Below are positions 47,447 through 58,063 of a DNA stretch of 64,000 nt, piece after piece. Location: the NCBI GenBank assembly GCA_963761305.1, contig CAVXGK010000001.1, positions 1,184,001 to 1,248,000 on the forward strand, in the 5' to 3' direction. The translations under genes and the position numbers were made by a program. The notes under the pieces were generated by a model. That model ran no database searches, was not told where the DNA came from, and saw nothing but the letters and a program-made list of their open reading frames with translations. The DNA comes from an uncultured Gemmatimonadaceae bacterium. GTDB lineage: Bacteria; Gemmatimonadota; Gemmatimonadetes; Gemmatimonadales; Gemmatimonadaceae. The number at the start of each line of letters is the position of its first letter. Position 1 is the first letter of the stretch.

Positions 47447-49708
47447 TTGGCCAATATCGATCGTCTCCCCGCGGCGCTCGCCGACCGCTACCGTATCGAG
47501 CGCGAGCTCGGCGCGGGTGGCATGGCGACTGTGTATCTCGCGCGCGACGTCAAGCACGACCGCGCCGTTGCGGTCAAGGTGCTGCACGCCGATCTCGCGC
47601 AGGAGTTGGGGACCGAGCGTTTCCTCTCCGAAATCAGAACCACGGCACGGCTCAGGCATCCGAACATCCTCCCGCTCTTCGACTCCGGCGTCGTCGAGAA
47701 GGATGGAGATCCGGTGCTGTACTACGTAATGCCGTTCGTCGAAGGCGTGTCGCTCCGCACGCGCCTGAACCGCGATCGCCACCTGCCGATCGATGAATCG
47801 CTGCGCATCACCATGGAAGTCGCCGACGCTCTGACGTACGCCCATGACCACGGCGTCATTCACCGCGACGTCAAGCCCGAGAACATCCTCCTCGACGGCG
47901 GGCATGCGCTCGTCGCGGATTTCGGCATCGCGCTCGCCACGACCGCGCCTGGCGCGGAACGGCTGACGCAGTCGGGGATGTCGCTCGGCACGCCGGCGTA
48001 CATGAGCCCGGAGCAGTCGACCGGCGATCGCGACATCGACCCGCGCAGCGACGTGTACAGCCTCGCCTGCGTCCTTTATGAAATGCTCACCGGCGAGCCG
48101 CCGTTCACGGGACCGACGTTCGAGTCGATCCTGGTCCAGCGCTTCACTCGCCAGCCGCCGCGCGTGACGACGAAGCGGAGTGGCGTGCATCGCCATCTGG
48201 ACGCGGCTGTCTTCACCGCGATGGCGCGCGAACCAGCGCAACGACCCGCGTCGATGGCGCGCTTTCGCGAAGCGTTGGCGACACCGGCGGCCTCGCCGCG
48301 CGGCGCCGACGCGCCGAAATCCATCGCCGTGCTGCCGTTCGCGAACATGAGCGCGGACCGGGAGAACGAATACTTCAGCGACGGCATCGCCGAGGAAATC
48401 ATCAACGCGTTGGCGCAGCTGCCCGAGTTGCGCGTCGCGGCGAGGACGTCGGCGTTCTCGTTCAAGGGAAAGAACGAGGACCTGCGTGGCATCGGCGAAG
48501 CGCTCAGTGTCGAGACGGTGCTCGAGGGAAGCGTTCGCAAAGCGGGCAACCGCGTGCGCGTGACGGCGCAGCTCATCAACGTCGCCGACGGCTATCACCT
48601 CTGGTCGGAGCGATACGACCGCGAGTTGACCGATGTGTTCGCGATCCAGGACGACATCGCGACGGCAATCGCCGACAAGCTGAAGGTCACGCTCGGAGCT
48701 GTGCATGCGGGACAGCTCGTTCGTCCGCCGACGGCGAACGTCGAGGCCTACGAGGCGTTTCTCAAGGCCCGCGCCCTCGCTCGCGCCCGCGGTCGATCGT
48801 TGTTCGAGGCCACAGAGTGGTACGAGCGCGCGATTGCGCTGGATCCCGAATACGCGGCGCCGCACGCAGGATTGGCCTACACACTTCTGCTTCAGAGTTT
48901 TTGGGGGATGGTCCGTCCGAACACGGTCCGCGAGCGAGCAATCGCGTCGGCGCGGAGAGCGCTCGAGTTGGATCCGGCGCTCTTCGAGTCCCATCTGGCG
49001 GCGGCCGTGGTCGCGATGTGTTTCGAGCTCGACTGGAAACGCGCCGCTCACGAGTGGGCTCGCGTCCGCGAGATTGATTCGACGACCACGGAGGCGCGCG
49101 CATCGTGGGCCACGTTCTGGATGACGTACGGCACGGGCCGCCTCGACGAGGCAGTGGAGGAGGCTTGCTCCGCCGCCGAGGGCGACCCGCTGAGCGCATA
49201 TGCGCACGCCAACGCCGCCATGGCGCTCGGTTGGAACCGTCAGGTCGACGACGCCGTCGCCGAAGCACGCAAGTCGCTCGAGCTCGATCCGTTGTCGACC
49301 TACGCCCACTGGTCGTTGCTGCACTCGCTGGCGCTGCGCGGCGACGTCGACGCCGTGTCGGCGGCGTTCGGCGACGCATGCGCGCGCGTCGGGCGACATC
49401 CCTGGTTCCTGATGGGTCTCGCGATCGCGTTCTCCCGTGCGGGTCGGCGAGACGAAGCGGGCGCCGCATACGACGAGCTGTCGGCACGGTCGAAGCTGGA
49501 ATACGTCCAGCCGACCGTGCTCGGCTGCGTCGCCGGCCTTTCCGGCCGCATGGACGATGCGCTTCGGTTGTACAACGAAGCGATCGACGTGGGCGACCCG
49601 CTGGTCATCGTGTCGCCACACTGGCCAGCCGTCGATTGGCGCGACGCGAAAGGTTGGGACGAAGTCCTGCGACGCATCGGATCGCCGGCGGCCGTCGCCG
49701 ATCAGTGA
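47447..49708 (+). CDS. Ser/Thr protein kinase with TolB-like and TPR domains
   Basis: LGAGGMA, VAVK, HRDVKPEN, DFG, YMSPE; SIAVLPF...YFSDG; TPR-like helices. Confidence 0.93.
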   Translation: MANIDRLPAALADRYRIERELGAGGMATVYLARDVKHDRAVAVKVLHADLAQELGTERFLSEIRTTARLRHPNILPLFDSGVVEKDGDPVLYYVMPFVEGVSLRTRLNRDRHLPIDESLRITMEVADALTYAHDHGVIHRDVKPENILLDGGHALVADFGIALATTAPGAERLTQSGMSLGTPAYMSPEQSTGDRDIDPRSDVYSLACVLYEMLTGEPPFTGPTFESILVQRFTRQPPRVTTKRSGVHRHLDAAVFTAMAREPAQRPASMARFREALATPAASPRGADAPKSIAVLPFANMSADRENEYFSDGIAEEIINALAQLPELRVAARTSAFSFKGKNEDLRGIGEALSVETVLEGSVRKAGNRVRVTAQLINVADGYHLWSERYDRELTDVFAIQDDIATAIADKLKVTLGAVHAGQLVRPPTANVEAYEAFLKARALARARGRSLFEATEWYERAIALDPEYAAPHAGLAYTLLLQSFWGMVRPNTVRERAIASARRALELDPALFESHLAAAVVAMCFELDWKRAAHEWARVREIDSTTTEARASWATFWMTYGTGRLDEAVEEACSAAEGDPLSAYAHANAAMALGWNRQVDDAVAEARKSLELDPLSTYAHWSLLHSLALRGDVDAVSAAFGDACARVGRHPWFLMGLAIAFSRAGRRDEAGAAYDELSARSKLEYVQPTVLGCVAGLSGRMDDALRLYNEAIDVGDPLVIVSPHWPAVDWRDAKGWDEVLRRIGSPAAVADQ

Positions 49709-49928
49709 ATCTGGCGACGTGTAGGACGCGTCGATGATACGCCACGTCTGGCCGTCGCGCCCCAGCCTCGTGCGCATACTGGAATCCATGAACCCGGGGT
49801 CGACGGTTGGTCATGCTGCTTGGTAGCTGACACGCGTGCCCGAGGGTAACTTCTGCTCGCCCTCCCGCCACTGAACAAACACCCCTTCTGCCGCAAATGA
49901 TCGAGACCCTCGCGGAGCCGGTCCGACC

Positions 49929-52900
49929 GTGAGCTCGCTGCTGGCACAGTTGCAAAAAACGCTCGGCGACGCCTACCACCTGGAGCGAGAGCTCGGCGGC
50001 GGTGGCATGAGCCGCGTGTTCGTGGCGAAGGAACGGCGGCTCGACCGAGCCGTCGTCGTGAAGGTGCTTTCGCCCGACCTCGCCCAGGGGCTGAGCGCCG
50101 AGCGGTTCGAGCGGGAAATCAAGACGGTCGCCGGGCTACAGCAGGCGAACATCGTCCCCGTACTCACCGCGGGCGACACGGACGGCCTTCCCTTCTATAC
50201 GATGCCGTTCGTCGAGGGCGAATCGCTGCGCGCGCGTCTGGCGCGCGGGCCGCTCGCCGTCGCGGAAGTTGTCGACCTGATGAAGGACGTGTCGAAGGCG
50301 CTCGCGTACGCGCACCAACGCGGCGTCGTGCACCGCGACATCAAGCCGGACAACGTGCTGCTCTCGGGCGGCACCGCCGTCGTGACGGACTTCGGCATCG
50401 CGAAGGCCATCAGCGCCGCGCGGACAGGCGCCGGCGGCGCGACGCTCACCCAGGTCGGCACGTCCATCGGCACGCCGGCGTACATGGCGCCGGAGCAGGC
50501 GGCGGGCGACGCGAACATCGACCATCGCGCCGACATCTACGCGCTCGGCGCGATGTCGTACGAGCTGCTCACGGGACAGCTCGTGTTCCCGGATCGCACC
50601 GCTCAGCGGATGCTCGCCGCGCACATGAGTGAAACGCCGCGCGCGATCGCCGAGCTGCGTGGCGATGTGCCGGCGCCGCTCGCCGATTTGGTGATGCGGT
50701 GCCTGGCAAAGGATCCGGCGAACCGGCCGCAGAGCGCCGGCGACGTCGTGCGAGTCCTCGAAACCATGTCGAGCGCGAGCGGAGCGGCGATGCCGCCCGT
50801 GTTGCTCGGCGGGCCCGGAATGTTTGGAAAGGCGCTCGCGATCTACGCCGGCGCGTTCATCGTCGTGGCCATCGTCGCGAAGGCGGCGATCGTCGGCATC
50901 GGATTGCCGGAGTGGGTGTTCCCCGGTTCACTGATCGTGATGGGGTTCGGGCTGCCGGTCGTGCTCTGGACGGGCTACGTGCAGCGCGTGACGCGCCGCG
51001 CGCTCACTGCGACGCCGACGTACACGCCCGGCGGCACGCCGTCGACCACGCACGGTACGATCGCGACGATCGCGCTCAAGGCCGGACCGGGCATGAGCTG
51101 GTATCGCACCGCACGCGGCGGGATCTACGCGCTCGGCGCGTTCGTCGCGGCGATTGCCGTGTTCATGGGATTGCGCGCGTTCGGTATCGGGCCGTTCGGA
51201 TCGCTGCTCGCGTCGGGTCAGCTGAGCAAGAGCGATCGGATTCTGCTCACGGATTTCCGCACGACGAATGTCGACTCCACCCTCGGCCGCGTCGTGAGCG
51301 ACGCCGTGCGCGCCGGGCTCGCGGGATCGTCCGCGTTCACGCTCGTACAGCCCGCGGAGATCGTCGCGACGCTTCGGCTCATGCAGCGTGAGCCGACGAC
51401 GACGCGCCTGGACTCGGCCGTCGCGCGAGAAGTCGCGCAACGGAAGAGCATCAAGGCGATCGTCGATGGGGACGTCACCGGCGTGCCGGGCGGCTACATC
51501 GTTTCGATCCGTCTCGTGCGCGCGGACTCGGGCATCGAGCTGGCGTCGTTTCGCGAAACGGGCGACGGACCGAAAGGACTGATCGACGCCGCCGACAAAC
51601 TCGCTCGCGAGCTGCGAGGCCGGGCCGGGGAATCGCTCCGTTCGGTGAACGCGACGCGGCCGCTCAATGAGGTCACGACGACCTCGTTGGATGCGCTGCG
51701 GAAGTACAGCGAGAGTACCCGCCTCAATGCACTCGGTGACCGTCGGTCCATCGCGGTCGCGCGCGAAGCGGTGGCGATCGATTCCACGTTCGCATCGGCG
51801 TGGAGCGGTCTCGCAGCCTCGTTGTCGAACTACGGCGGAACGCGGTCGGCCATCGATTCTGCGATCTCACAAGCGTTCCGCTATGGCGGCCGACTTCCCG
51901 TGTCGGAACGCGCGGCGGTGACGGCCCGCTACTACCAGCTGGGGCCCGGGCGCGACCGCGACAAAGCGATCGCCGCCTATGAAGCGATCCTGCAACGCGG
52001 CGAGACCACATCCGCGACGATGATCAACCTCGGCGAAGCGCTGAGGGACAAACGGGAATATGCGCGCGCCGAAGCACTCAACTGGGCGGCCGCGAAACGA
52101 GCCCCCGGCGATGCAACGCCTCTGGGAAACGCGGTCGAACTCGAGGTGGATCAAGGGAAGTTCAAGGAGGCGGAGGAGACTCTCGCACAACTGAAGAAGG
52201 TCTCTCCGCCGTACGGCGCGAATCATCAGCTTCTGTTGTGGTTCGCGTTGGGCGATTTCCGAGCCCTCCACGAGAGAGCCGACAGCTTGTTGCGCGCGAG
52301 CGAGGAGTCGCGCGAACGTAGCGGCGTCCCAGTGTCGCAGACGCTCGCGCTGCTCGAAGGGCGATGGCACGACTACGCTGCCTTCAACACCGAGCGCGTT
52401 GCCAAGAGGTGGGGCATCCGTCCCGACTTCGCGGTCGAGCAAGTCATGCTCGAGGCGGAGCTCAGAGGTCCAAGTCCAGCGGCCGGGGCGCGCCTGGACT
52501 CGGCGATCGCCAAGGTGCCGTTTCGCGATCTGCCGATGGTGGACCGCCCCTATCTCAACGCGGCGTACGCGCTGGCACGCGTGGGCCGCGCGGAGAAGGC
52601 GCGCGCGATGGTGGCGAGATTCAACGCCGAGGTCACCGACACGTCGCTCAGACGAGTGAGAGAATCCGACTTGCATGGTGTGCTCGGCGAGATCGCGCTG
52701 GCCGATGGTAAACCGCAGGACGCGATCGGCGAGTTTCATCGGTCCGACGTAGCGTACGATGGGGCTCCCGCCGACGAATGCGCGGCGTGCGTGTGGCTTC
52801 TGCTCGGACGCGCCTACGACGCTGCACGCAAGCCGGACTCGGCGATCATGTCGTTCGAGCGCTATCTGGCGACGCCGTTCTGGTCCAAGGCTCAATCGGA

Positions 52901-53102
52901 ACTCGACCCGATCAGCGTGCCGGCGATCCGCGAGCGACTGGGCCAGCTCTACGAAGCGGCCGGCAATACGCAGAAAGCAATCGAGAACTACCAGGCGTTC
53001 ATCGACCTCTGGAAGAACGCCGATCCGGGTCTGCAACCGCGAGTCGCCGACGCCCGCAAACGGTTGGCGCGACTCACACCGGTGGAGAAGCCTCGACAGT
53101 AG
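49929..53102 (+). CDS. Ser/Thr protein kinase with three TM helices and TPR domain
   Basis: LGGGGMS, HRDIKPDN, DFG, YMAPE; hydrophobic segments; C-terminal WKNADP TPR end. Confidence 0.93.
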   Translation: MSSLLAQLQKTLGDAYHLERELGGGGMSRVFVAKERRLDRAVVVKVLSPDLAQGLSAERFEREIKTVAGLQQANIVPVLTAGDTDGLPFYTMPFVEGESLRARLARGPLAVAEVVDLMKDVSKALAYAHQRGVVHRDIKPDNVLLSGGTAVVTDFGIAKAISAARTGAGGATLTQVGTSIGTPAYMAPEQAAGDANIDHRADIYALGAMSYELLTGQLVFPDRTAQRMLAAHMSETPRAIAELRGDVPAPLADLVMRCLAKDPANRPQSAGDVVRVLETMSSASGAAMPPVLLGGPGMFGKALAIYAGAFIVVAIVAKAAIVGIGLPEWVFPGSLIVMGFGLPVVLWTGYVQRVTRRALTATPTYTPGGTPSTTHGTIATIALKAGPGMSWYRTARGGIYALGAFVAAIAVFMGLRAFGIGPFGSLLASGQLSKSDRILLTDFRTTNVDSTLGRVVSDAVRAGLAGSSAFTLVQPAEIVATLRLMQREPTTTRLDSAVAREVAQRKSIKAIVDGDVTGVPGGYIVSIRLVRADSGIELASFRETGDGPKGLIDAADKLARELRGRAGESLRSVNATRPLNEVTTTSLDALRKYSESTRLNALGDRRSIAVAREAVAIDSTFASAWSGLAASLSNYGGTRSAIDSAISQAFRYGGRLPVSERAAVTARYYQLGPGRDRDKAIAAYEAILQRGETTSATMINLGEALRDKREYARAEALNWAAAKRAPGDATPLGNAVELEVDQGKFKEAEETLAQLKKVSPPYGANHQLLLWFALGDFRALHERADSLLRASEESRERSGVPVSQTLALLEGRWHDYAAFNTERVAKRWGIRPDFAVEQVMLEAELRGPSPAAGARLDSAIAKVPFRDLPMVDRPYLNAAYALARVGRAEKARAMVARFNAEVTDTSLRRVRESDLHGVLGEIALADGKPQDAIGEFHRSDVAYDGAPADECAACVWLLLGRAYDAARKPDSAIMSFERYLATPFWSKAQSELDPISVPAIRERLGQLYEAAGNTQKAIENYQAFIDLWKNADPGLQPRVADARKRLARLTPVEKPRQ

Positions 53103-53115
53103 AGCCGGTATCGCT

Positions 53116-54084
53116 CTAGGGTCGGCCCGCTAGCCAATGCAGCACGTTGAGCACGAACTGGGGATTCTGTGCGGCTTCGGGCGCATTCATTCCCATCGGC
53201 GTGTGCTGAGGTCCTTTGCGCTGGGCGGAGAACATCGCCGCTTCACCGAACACGGCGACTCGCCCGCGGCCGAACGTCACCGTGCCACCCTGCAGCCAAC
53301 CCTCGCCCGAGATGCGCGGCGTGGTGTCCGAGAACTGCCACGCGACGATCGGCAGCTCGAGCCGCGTGCCTTTCGGCAGCGTCATGAGCGCTCGGCCGTT
53401 CGCCACGGTGAGTCGAAACGCCGAGCCGGTGAACGACACGATCGAGTCGATGCGTTCGCCGATGGATTTGCCGGCGGTGATCGGATGCTCGGCGAGACTC
53501 GTGTCGCGGCGGCGGAACGTGATCGGATAGTCGCCCGTGCGAGGGTCGGCGTCGCCGAGCAGCGCGTAGCCATTGGCGAATTGAATGCCGAACGGCGCGG
53601 CGAGTGATGCCACCGCTCCGGCGAACGGCATGTGGTCGGCGATCAAGAGCAGCGCACCGCCCTGCCGCACCCACTCGACCAAGGTCGAGATCTCGCTCGC
53701 GTCGAACGCGCTGTACGCCGGCAATCGCCATTGCGCCGCGCTCTCGTTCCGCGCATTGAGCGCGTTGGCGACGACGAGGACATCAGTGCCGCGCAGCGAG
53801 GCCGGTGTGATCGCCTCGCGGCCGGGGCGAACGGTGAAGCCGTCGGCCTCGAGCAAGGACGCGAATGGATGATAGCGCCCGTCCGCCGTATGAAAATTGT
53901 GATGGGCTTCGTCGACGGTCACCACCGGCCCGGCGCCCGGTCGATACGTCGCCGATCGGAGCGACGGCTTGAACGTGTTGTCGACGACCTGTCCACCGCC
54001 GCTGGTCAGCACCGGCGGATTCTGTGCCCGCGCGACCCCGGCGCTCGCGACGGTCGCGACGGTCGCGAGCACCTTGATTCGCAC
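53116..54084 (-). CDS. Exported DUF4350/GATase-like domain protein
   Basis: DEAHHNFHT, GGALLLIADHMPF, GRGRVAVFGEAAMF, NVLHWL. Confidence 0.7.
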   Translation of the reverse strand: MRIKVLATVATVASAGVARAQNPPVLTSGGGQVVDNTFKPSLRSATYRPGAGPVVTVDEAHHNFHTADGRYHPFASLLEADGFTVRPGREAITPASLRGTDVLVVANALNARNESAAQWRLPAYSAFDASEISTLVEWVRQGGALLLIADHMPFAGAVASLAAPFGIQFANGYALLGDADPRTGDYPITFRRRDTSLAEHPITAGKSIGERIDSIVSFTGSAFRLTVANGRALMTLPKGTRLELPIVAWQFSDTTPRISGEGWLQGGTVTFGRGRVAVFGEAAMFSAQRKGPQHTPMGMNAPEAAQNPQFVLNVLHWLAGRP

Positions 54085-54096
54085 GAGCGGCCCTCG

Positions 54097-55536
54097 CTAG
54101 TGAATGGGCGCGCGCTGACCGCGGCCGGGGAACACATGGTCGCGAATTGCGCCGTCCATCACGACCGGCACGCCGTTCACCAGCACGTACTTGAATCCGA
54201 CTGACGTCAACGCCGGCTGCTGATACGTCGCGCGGTCGGCCACGGTGTTCGGATCGAAGACCGTGATGTCCGCGTCGGCACCGACCTTGATGCGCCCCTT
54301 GTTCCTGAAGACGGGCGCGAGCGTCTCCAGCCGCTGCGCCGGCATCAGAGTCATCTTACGGATCGCCTCGATGAGCGTGAGCTGCTTCGTCTCGCGAACG
54401 TAGTGCGCGAGCACGCGCGCCTCCGTACCGGCAACTCGCGGATGTCCCTTGCCGTCTTCCAGCAGGCCGTCGCTCGCGATGGCGGTGAGCGGACTGGTGA
54501 TCGCCATCGCCTCCATCTCCGGCGTGTTGAGAAAGAGAATCACCATGCCCCCCTGCTTCCGGGCGGCGTCGAACGTCGCACGCGTCAGCCGCGCGCCGGT
54601 CGCCACCAGCATGATCCGCTGCATCACGCTGTCCGGCGCGCCCACGTACTGGTCGAGTAACGCCGAGCCGATCTCGGTCATGCCGGCGATGTACGGATAC
54701 GCTTCGGTCGTGACGTCGATGCCGTGATCGCGGGCGTCCTTCACCATCGCGAGCGTCTTGGGCGTCGACTCGAGACTCATGCTGTTGAGATGGACGATGT
54801 GCACCGGCGCACCGGTGATCGCGCTCGCGCCGATCACTTCGAGGAAGGACTCGACGGAACTCCCCGGCTCGCGCGTGCCGAACGAGCGGACGTGCACGAA
54901 CACCGGCGCTTTGTACTTGGCCGCCGCGCGGAACATCTCGAGCACCTCGTAGCGCGTCGCCGCTGGCGTGTACTGCAATCCCATGCCGACGCCGAGCGCG
55001 CCGGCTGCCAGGCCGGCATCGACGCGCTGTTTCATCTCGGCGATCTGGGCGTCGGTCGCAACCGCGTGAGCGCCGGGGCCGGTGGGGAGAAGTCCGGTCG
55101 ACGGATCCTTCATCACAACCAGTCGACCGCGAATGTGGCTGGACGACGCGCCGTAGTTGATCAGCGCCTTCCCCTCTCTACTTCTATAGAATGTCGGGAC
55201 GTCTTCCGTCCCCACCTCCAGCTCGAGCGCGGTCGTCACGCCGTCGAGCGCGAACACGCGGTAGTTCTCGTCGTTCTGGCCGTGCGCGTGGAGGTCGATG
55301 AACCCGGGCGCGACGACGAGCCCCTTCGCGTCGATGGTTGTCTTGCCGCTGATCGGCGTCGCCGAGATCGCTTCGATCTTCCCATTCCGCACGCCGACGA
55401 ATCGCGTTGCGTCGAGATGGGATTCGGGATCGATCACGCGACCGTTGGCGATCACGATGTCGTACGTTGCCTGTTGCGCGGACGCGATCGCCGGCAGCAC
55501 GGAAAGAGCGGCGAGCATCGTCACGAGTTTGCGCAT
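54097..55536 (-). CDS. N-acyl-D-amino-acid deacylase-like amidohydrolase
   Basis: APGFIDLHAH, EAYPY, IASDG, GHPR, GADADITVFD; GGAG RBS and signal peptide. Confidence 0.88.
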   Translation of the reverse strand: MRKLVTMLAALSVLPAIASAQQATYDIVIANGRVIDPESHLDATRFVGVRNGKIEAISATPISGKTTIDAKGLVVAPGFIDLHAHGQNDENYRVFALDGVTTALELEVGTEDVPTFYRSREGKALINYGASSSHIRGRLVVMKDPSTGLLPTGPGAHAVATDAQIAEMKQRVDAGLAAGALGVGMGLQYTPAATRYEVLEMFRAAAKYKAPVFVHVRSFGTREPGSSVESFLEVIGASAITGAPVHIVHLNSMSLESTPKTLAMVKDARDHGIDVTTEAYPYIAGMTEIGSALLDQYVGAPDSVMQRIMLVATGARLTRATFDAARKQGGMVILFLNTPEMEAMAITSPLTAIASDGLLEDGKGHPRVAGTEARVLAHYVRETKQLTLIEAIRKMTLMPAQRLETLAPVFRNKGRIKVGADADITVFDPNTVADRATYQQPALTSVGFKYVLVNGVPVVMDGAIRDHVFPGRGQRAPIH

Positions 55537-55699
55537 CGCGATCTCCGAGGAGTGGGGCCAGGGCGCAAAGGTAGTGCTCAAACAGCGCTCCGCCATGCCA
55601 TGCATCGAGCACCGCGGCCGGTCGCTTGCCAAGAATGGCGGGGGCGATACCTTCGACCGTCCGTTGCGGTTTTCGCGACCCACTCCCTCCCCATTCGTC

Positions 55700-56947
55700 A
55701 TGACATCCCGAGGCATCCGAGCGCTGGTCCTCGCCCTCGCGCCGATCGTCTCCGGAGCGCGGGCGAACGCGCAAGGCGCACCCCGCGAGCGCTGGATCGC
55801 GACGTGGGCTGCGAGTATGCTCGCCGCCCCGCGGCGCCCGCCGCCCGACTCGGTGGATCGCACTCCGACGCTGGTCAATCGTACGCTCAGAGAGATCGTC
55901 CACGTGGGCGTCGGCGGAGCTCGCGTGCGGATTCGGTTGTCGAATCAGTACGGCGACCGTCCGCTCGTCATCGGAAGCGTGCACATCGCCCTTCGCACGT
56001 CGGGCGCGAACGTCGATCCGTCCACCGACCGGCCCGTGACGTTCAACGGACGCTCTTCTATCGTCATCCGCGCGGGCGCCAATCTGGTGAGCGACGGCGT
56101 GTCGCTCGCGATGCCGAACCACGCCGACGTGGCAATCTCTCTGTTCATCACCGACTCGGCCCGTCTCGCCACGACGCACGCATTGGGCATGCAGACGAAT
56201 TACGTCTCGGCGCCCGGCGACTTCGCGGCGGCGGCGAGCTTTGCATCGGACACCACGCTCCGATTCTGGCCCTTCCTGGCCGGCGTCGACGTCGTCAACC
56301 CCGCGGTCACGGGTGTGATCGTCGCGTTCGGCAACTCGATCACGGACGGTTACGGCTCCACTCCGGACTCGAACGCCCGGTGGCCCGACGTGCTCGCGCG
56401 CCGGCTGCTCGCATCCAAGGAACCCGTCAAGGCGATCGTCAACGCGGGCATCTCGGGCAATCGCGTCCTGTCGCCCGGCGCCGGACCGAGCGCACTGGAG
56501 CGCTTCGATCGCGACGTCCTCATGCAGCCCGGCATCACGCACGTGATCGTGCTCGAGGGCATCAACGACATCAACGGCGGCACCAACGCGGCGAATCCGA
56601 GCAACGAGATCAGCGCCGAAGAGCTCATCGGCGGCCACAAGCAGCTGATCGACCGCGCACACGAGCGCGGGATCGTGATCTTCGGGGCGACGCTCACGCC
56701 GGAGGGCGGGATGCGCGGCGCCAACGCGGCGCGCGACGCCAAGCGCATCGCGCTGAACACGTGGATTCGCACGAGCGGCGCGTACGACGGCGTGATCGAC
56801 TTCGACAAGCTGACTCGCGATCCCACCGACACGACGCGCTTCTTGCCGGCGTACGATTCGGGCGACCACCTGCACCCGGGCGATGCGGGCTACAAAGCGA
56901 TGGGCGACGCGATCGACCTCGCCCTCTTTCGAAAGAAGCCACGATAG
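55700..56947 (+). CDS. Exported SGNH/GDSL hydrolase
   Basis: FGNSITDG (block I variant), NAGISGN, EGIND, DHLHP. Confidence 0.9.
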   Translation: MTSRGIRALVLALAPIVSGARANAQGAPRERWIATWAASMLAAPRRPPPDSVDRTPTLVNRTLREIVHVGVGGARVRIRLSNQYGDRPLVIGSVHIALRTSGANVDPSTDRPVTFNGRSSIVIRAGANLVSDGVSLAMPNHADVAISLFITDSARLATTHALGMQTNYVSAPGDFAAAASFASDTTLRFWPFLAGVDVVNPAVTGVIVAFGNSITDGYGSTPDSNARWPDVLARRLLASKEPVKAIVNAGISGNRVLSPGAGPSALERFDRDVLMQPGITHVIVLEGINDINGGTNAANPSNEISAEELIGGHKQLIDRAHERGIVIFGATLTPEGGMRGANAARDAKRIALNTWIRTSGAYDGVIDFDKLTRDPTDTTRFLPAYDSGDHLHPGDAGYKAMGDAIDLALFRKKPR

Positions 56948-56973
56948 CGCACTGACTCGACGACGGCACACAC

Positions 56974-57909
56974 ATGCGAATCATCTCCTTCGCCACGAAA
57001 GAGTCCGAATGGAAATCCCCGCGCATGGGGATCGTCCTCAATGCCAGCGGGCAGGACAGCGGCTACCGACTCGATTGTGAAAAGCTGTTCGCGCCGGCCG
57101 ATCGTCCGTCGAATCCGCTCGCCTGGTTCGACATGGACGAGCGTTGGTTTCAGACCGCGCGCGAGACGGCGGCGCATCTCGAGCGCGACGCGAACGCCTT
57201 CGCCGAGGCACGCGACAAGGGGTGGCTGGTGGCGAGCAGAGACGCGTATTGGTTCGCACCCGTGCCGCGACCGGGCAAGATCGTGTGCATCGGCTTGAAC
57301 TATCGCGACCACGCCGAAGAGAGCGGGCTCGCCGTTCCCACGGTGCCGGTGATCTTCTCCAAGTTCCCGACGTGCGTCATCGCGCCCGGCGAACCGGTCG
57401 TCTTTCCGTCGACGAGTGAGAAGCTCGACTACGAGGCGGAGCTCGCGATCGTCATCGGCCGGCGCGCCAAGCACGTGAGCGCGTCACGCGCCTACGACTA
57501 CGTCCTCGGCTACACCGCGTTCAACGACGTCACGGCGCGCGACTTCCAGTTCGGCGACGGACAGTGGCAGCGCGGCAAGTCGTGCGACACGTTCGCGCCG
57601 ATGGGGCAGACGATCGTGACGACCGACGAGATCCCCGATCCGCACACGCTGCGCATCACGATGTCGGTCAACGGAACCGTGATGCAGGACTCGAACACCG
57701 CTCAGCTGATCTTTCGTGTGCCGCAGCTCATCGAGTTCGTCTCGCAGAGCATCACGCTCGAGCCGGGCGACGTCATTCCAACCGGAACGCCGGCGGGCGT
57801 CGGCTTCGCTCGCAAGCCGCCTTTCTTTCTCAAGCCGGGCGACGTGATGGAAGTGAACATCGAGCGCATCGGAGGGCTCGGCAATCCGGTCGTCGCGGCC
57901 GTGACCTGA
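56974..57909 (+). CDS. Fumarylacetoacetate hydrolase family protein
   Basis: IGLNYRDH, DYEAEL, NDVTARD, GKSCDTF, TGTPAGVG. Confidence 0.93.
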   Translation: MRIISFATKESEWKSPRMGIVLNASGQDSGYRLDCEKLFAPADRPSNPLAWFDMDERWFQTARETAAHLERDANAFAEARDKGWLVASRDAYWFAPVPRPGKIVCIGLNYRDHAEESGLAVPTVPVIFSKFPTCVIAPGEPVVFPSTSEKLDYEAELAIVIGRRAKHVSASRAYDYVLGYTAFNDVTARDFQFGDGQWQRGKSCDTFAPMGQTIVTTDEIPDPHTLRITMSVNGTVMQDSNTAQLIFRVPQLIEFVSQSITLEPGDVIPTGTPAGVGFARKPPFFLKPGDVMEVNIERIGGLGNPVVAAVT

Positions 57910-58063
57910 CACGGGTCCGCTGGCCTCGGCCGCGCTCGCGCGATACCTTAGCGGCGGACGCTTCCCCCTGCCGACGCGCCAACCGCGCGAGCGCCGACGA
58001 ACCCTAGGACCGACCTATCGCGCGAGCGAGAATGAGGGCGACGCTGCCCCGCGAGCACGACGC

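Noticed and set aside
47276..49789. 837-aa minus-strand ORF
   Set aside because: Antisense to a clear kinase gene; a shadow ORF.
49705..49880. Minus-strand peptide ...RLGRDGQTWRIIDASY between two kinases
   Set aside because: Looks like a protein C-terminus but has no coherent start or frame; too weak to call.
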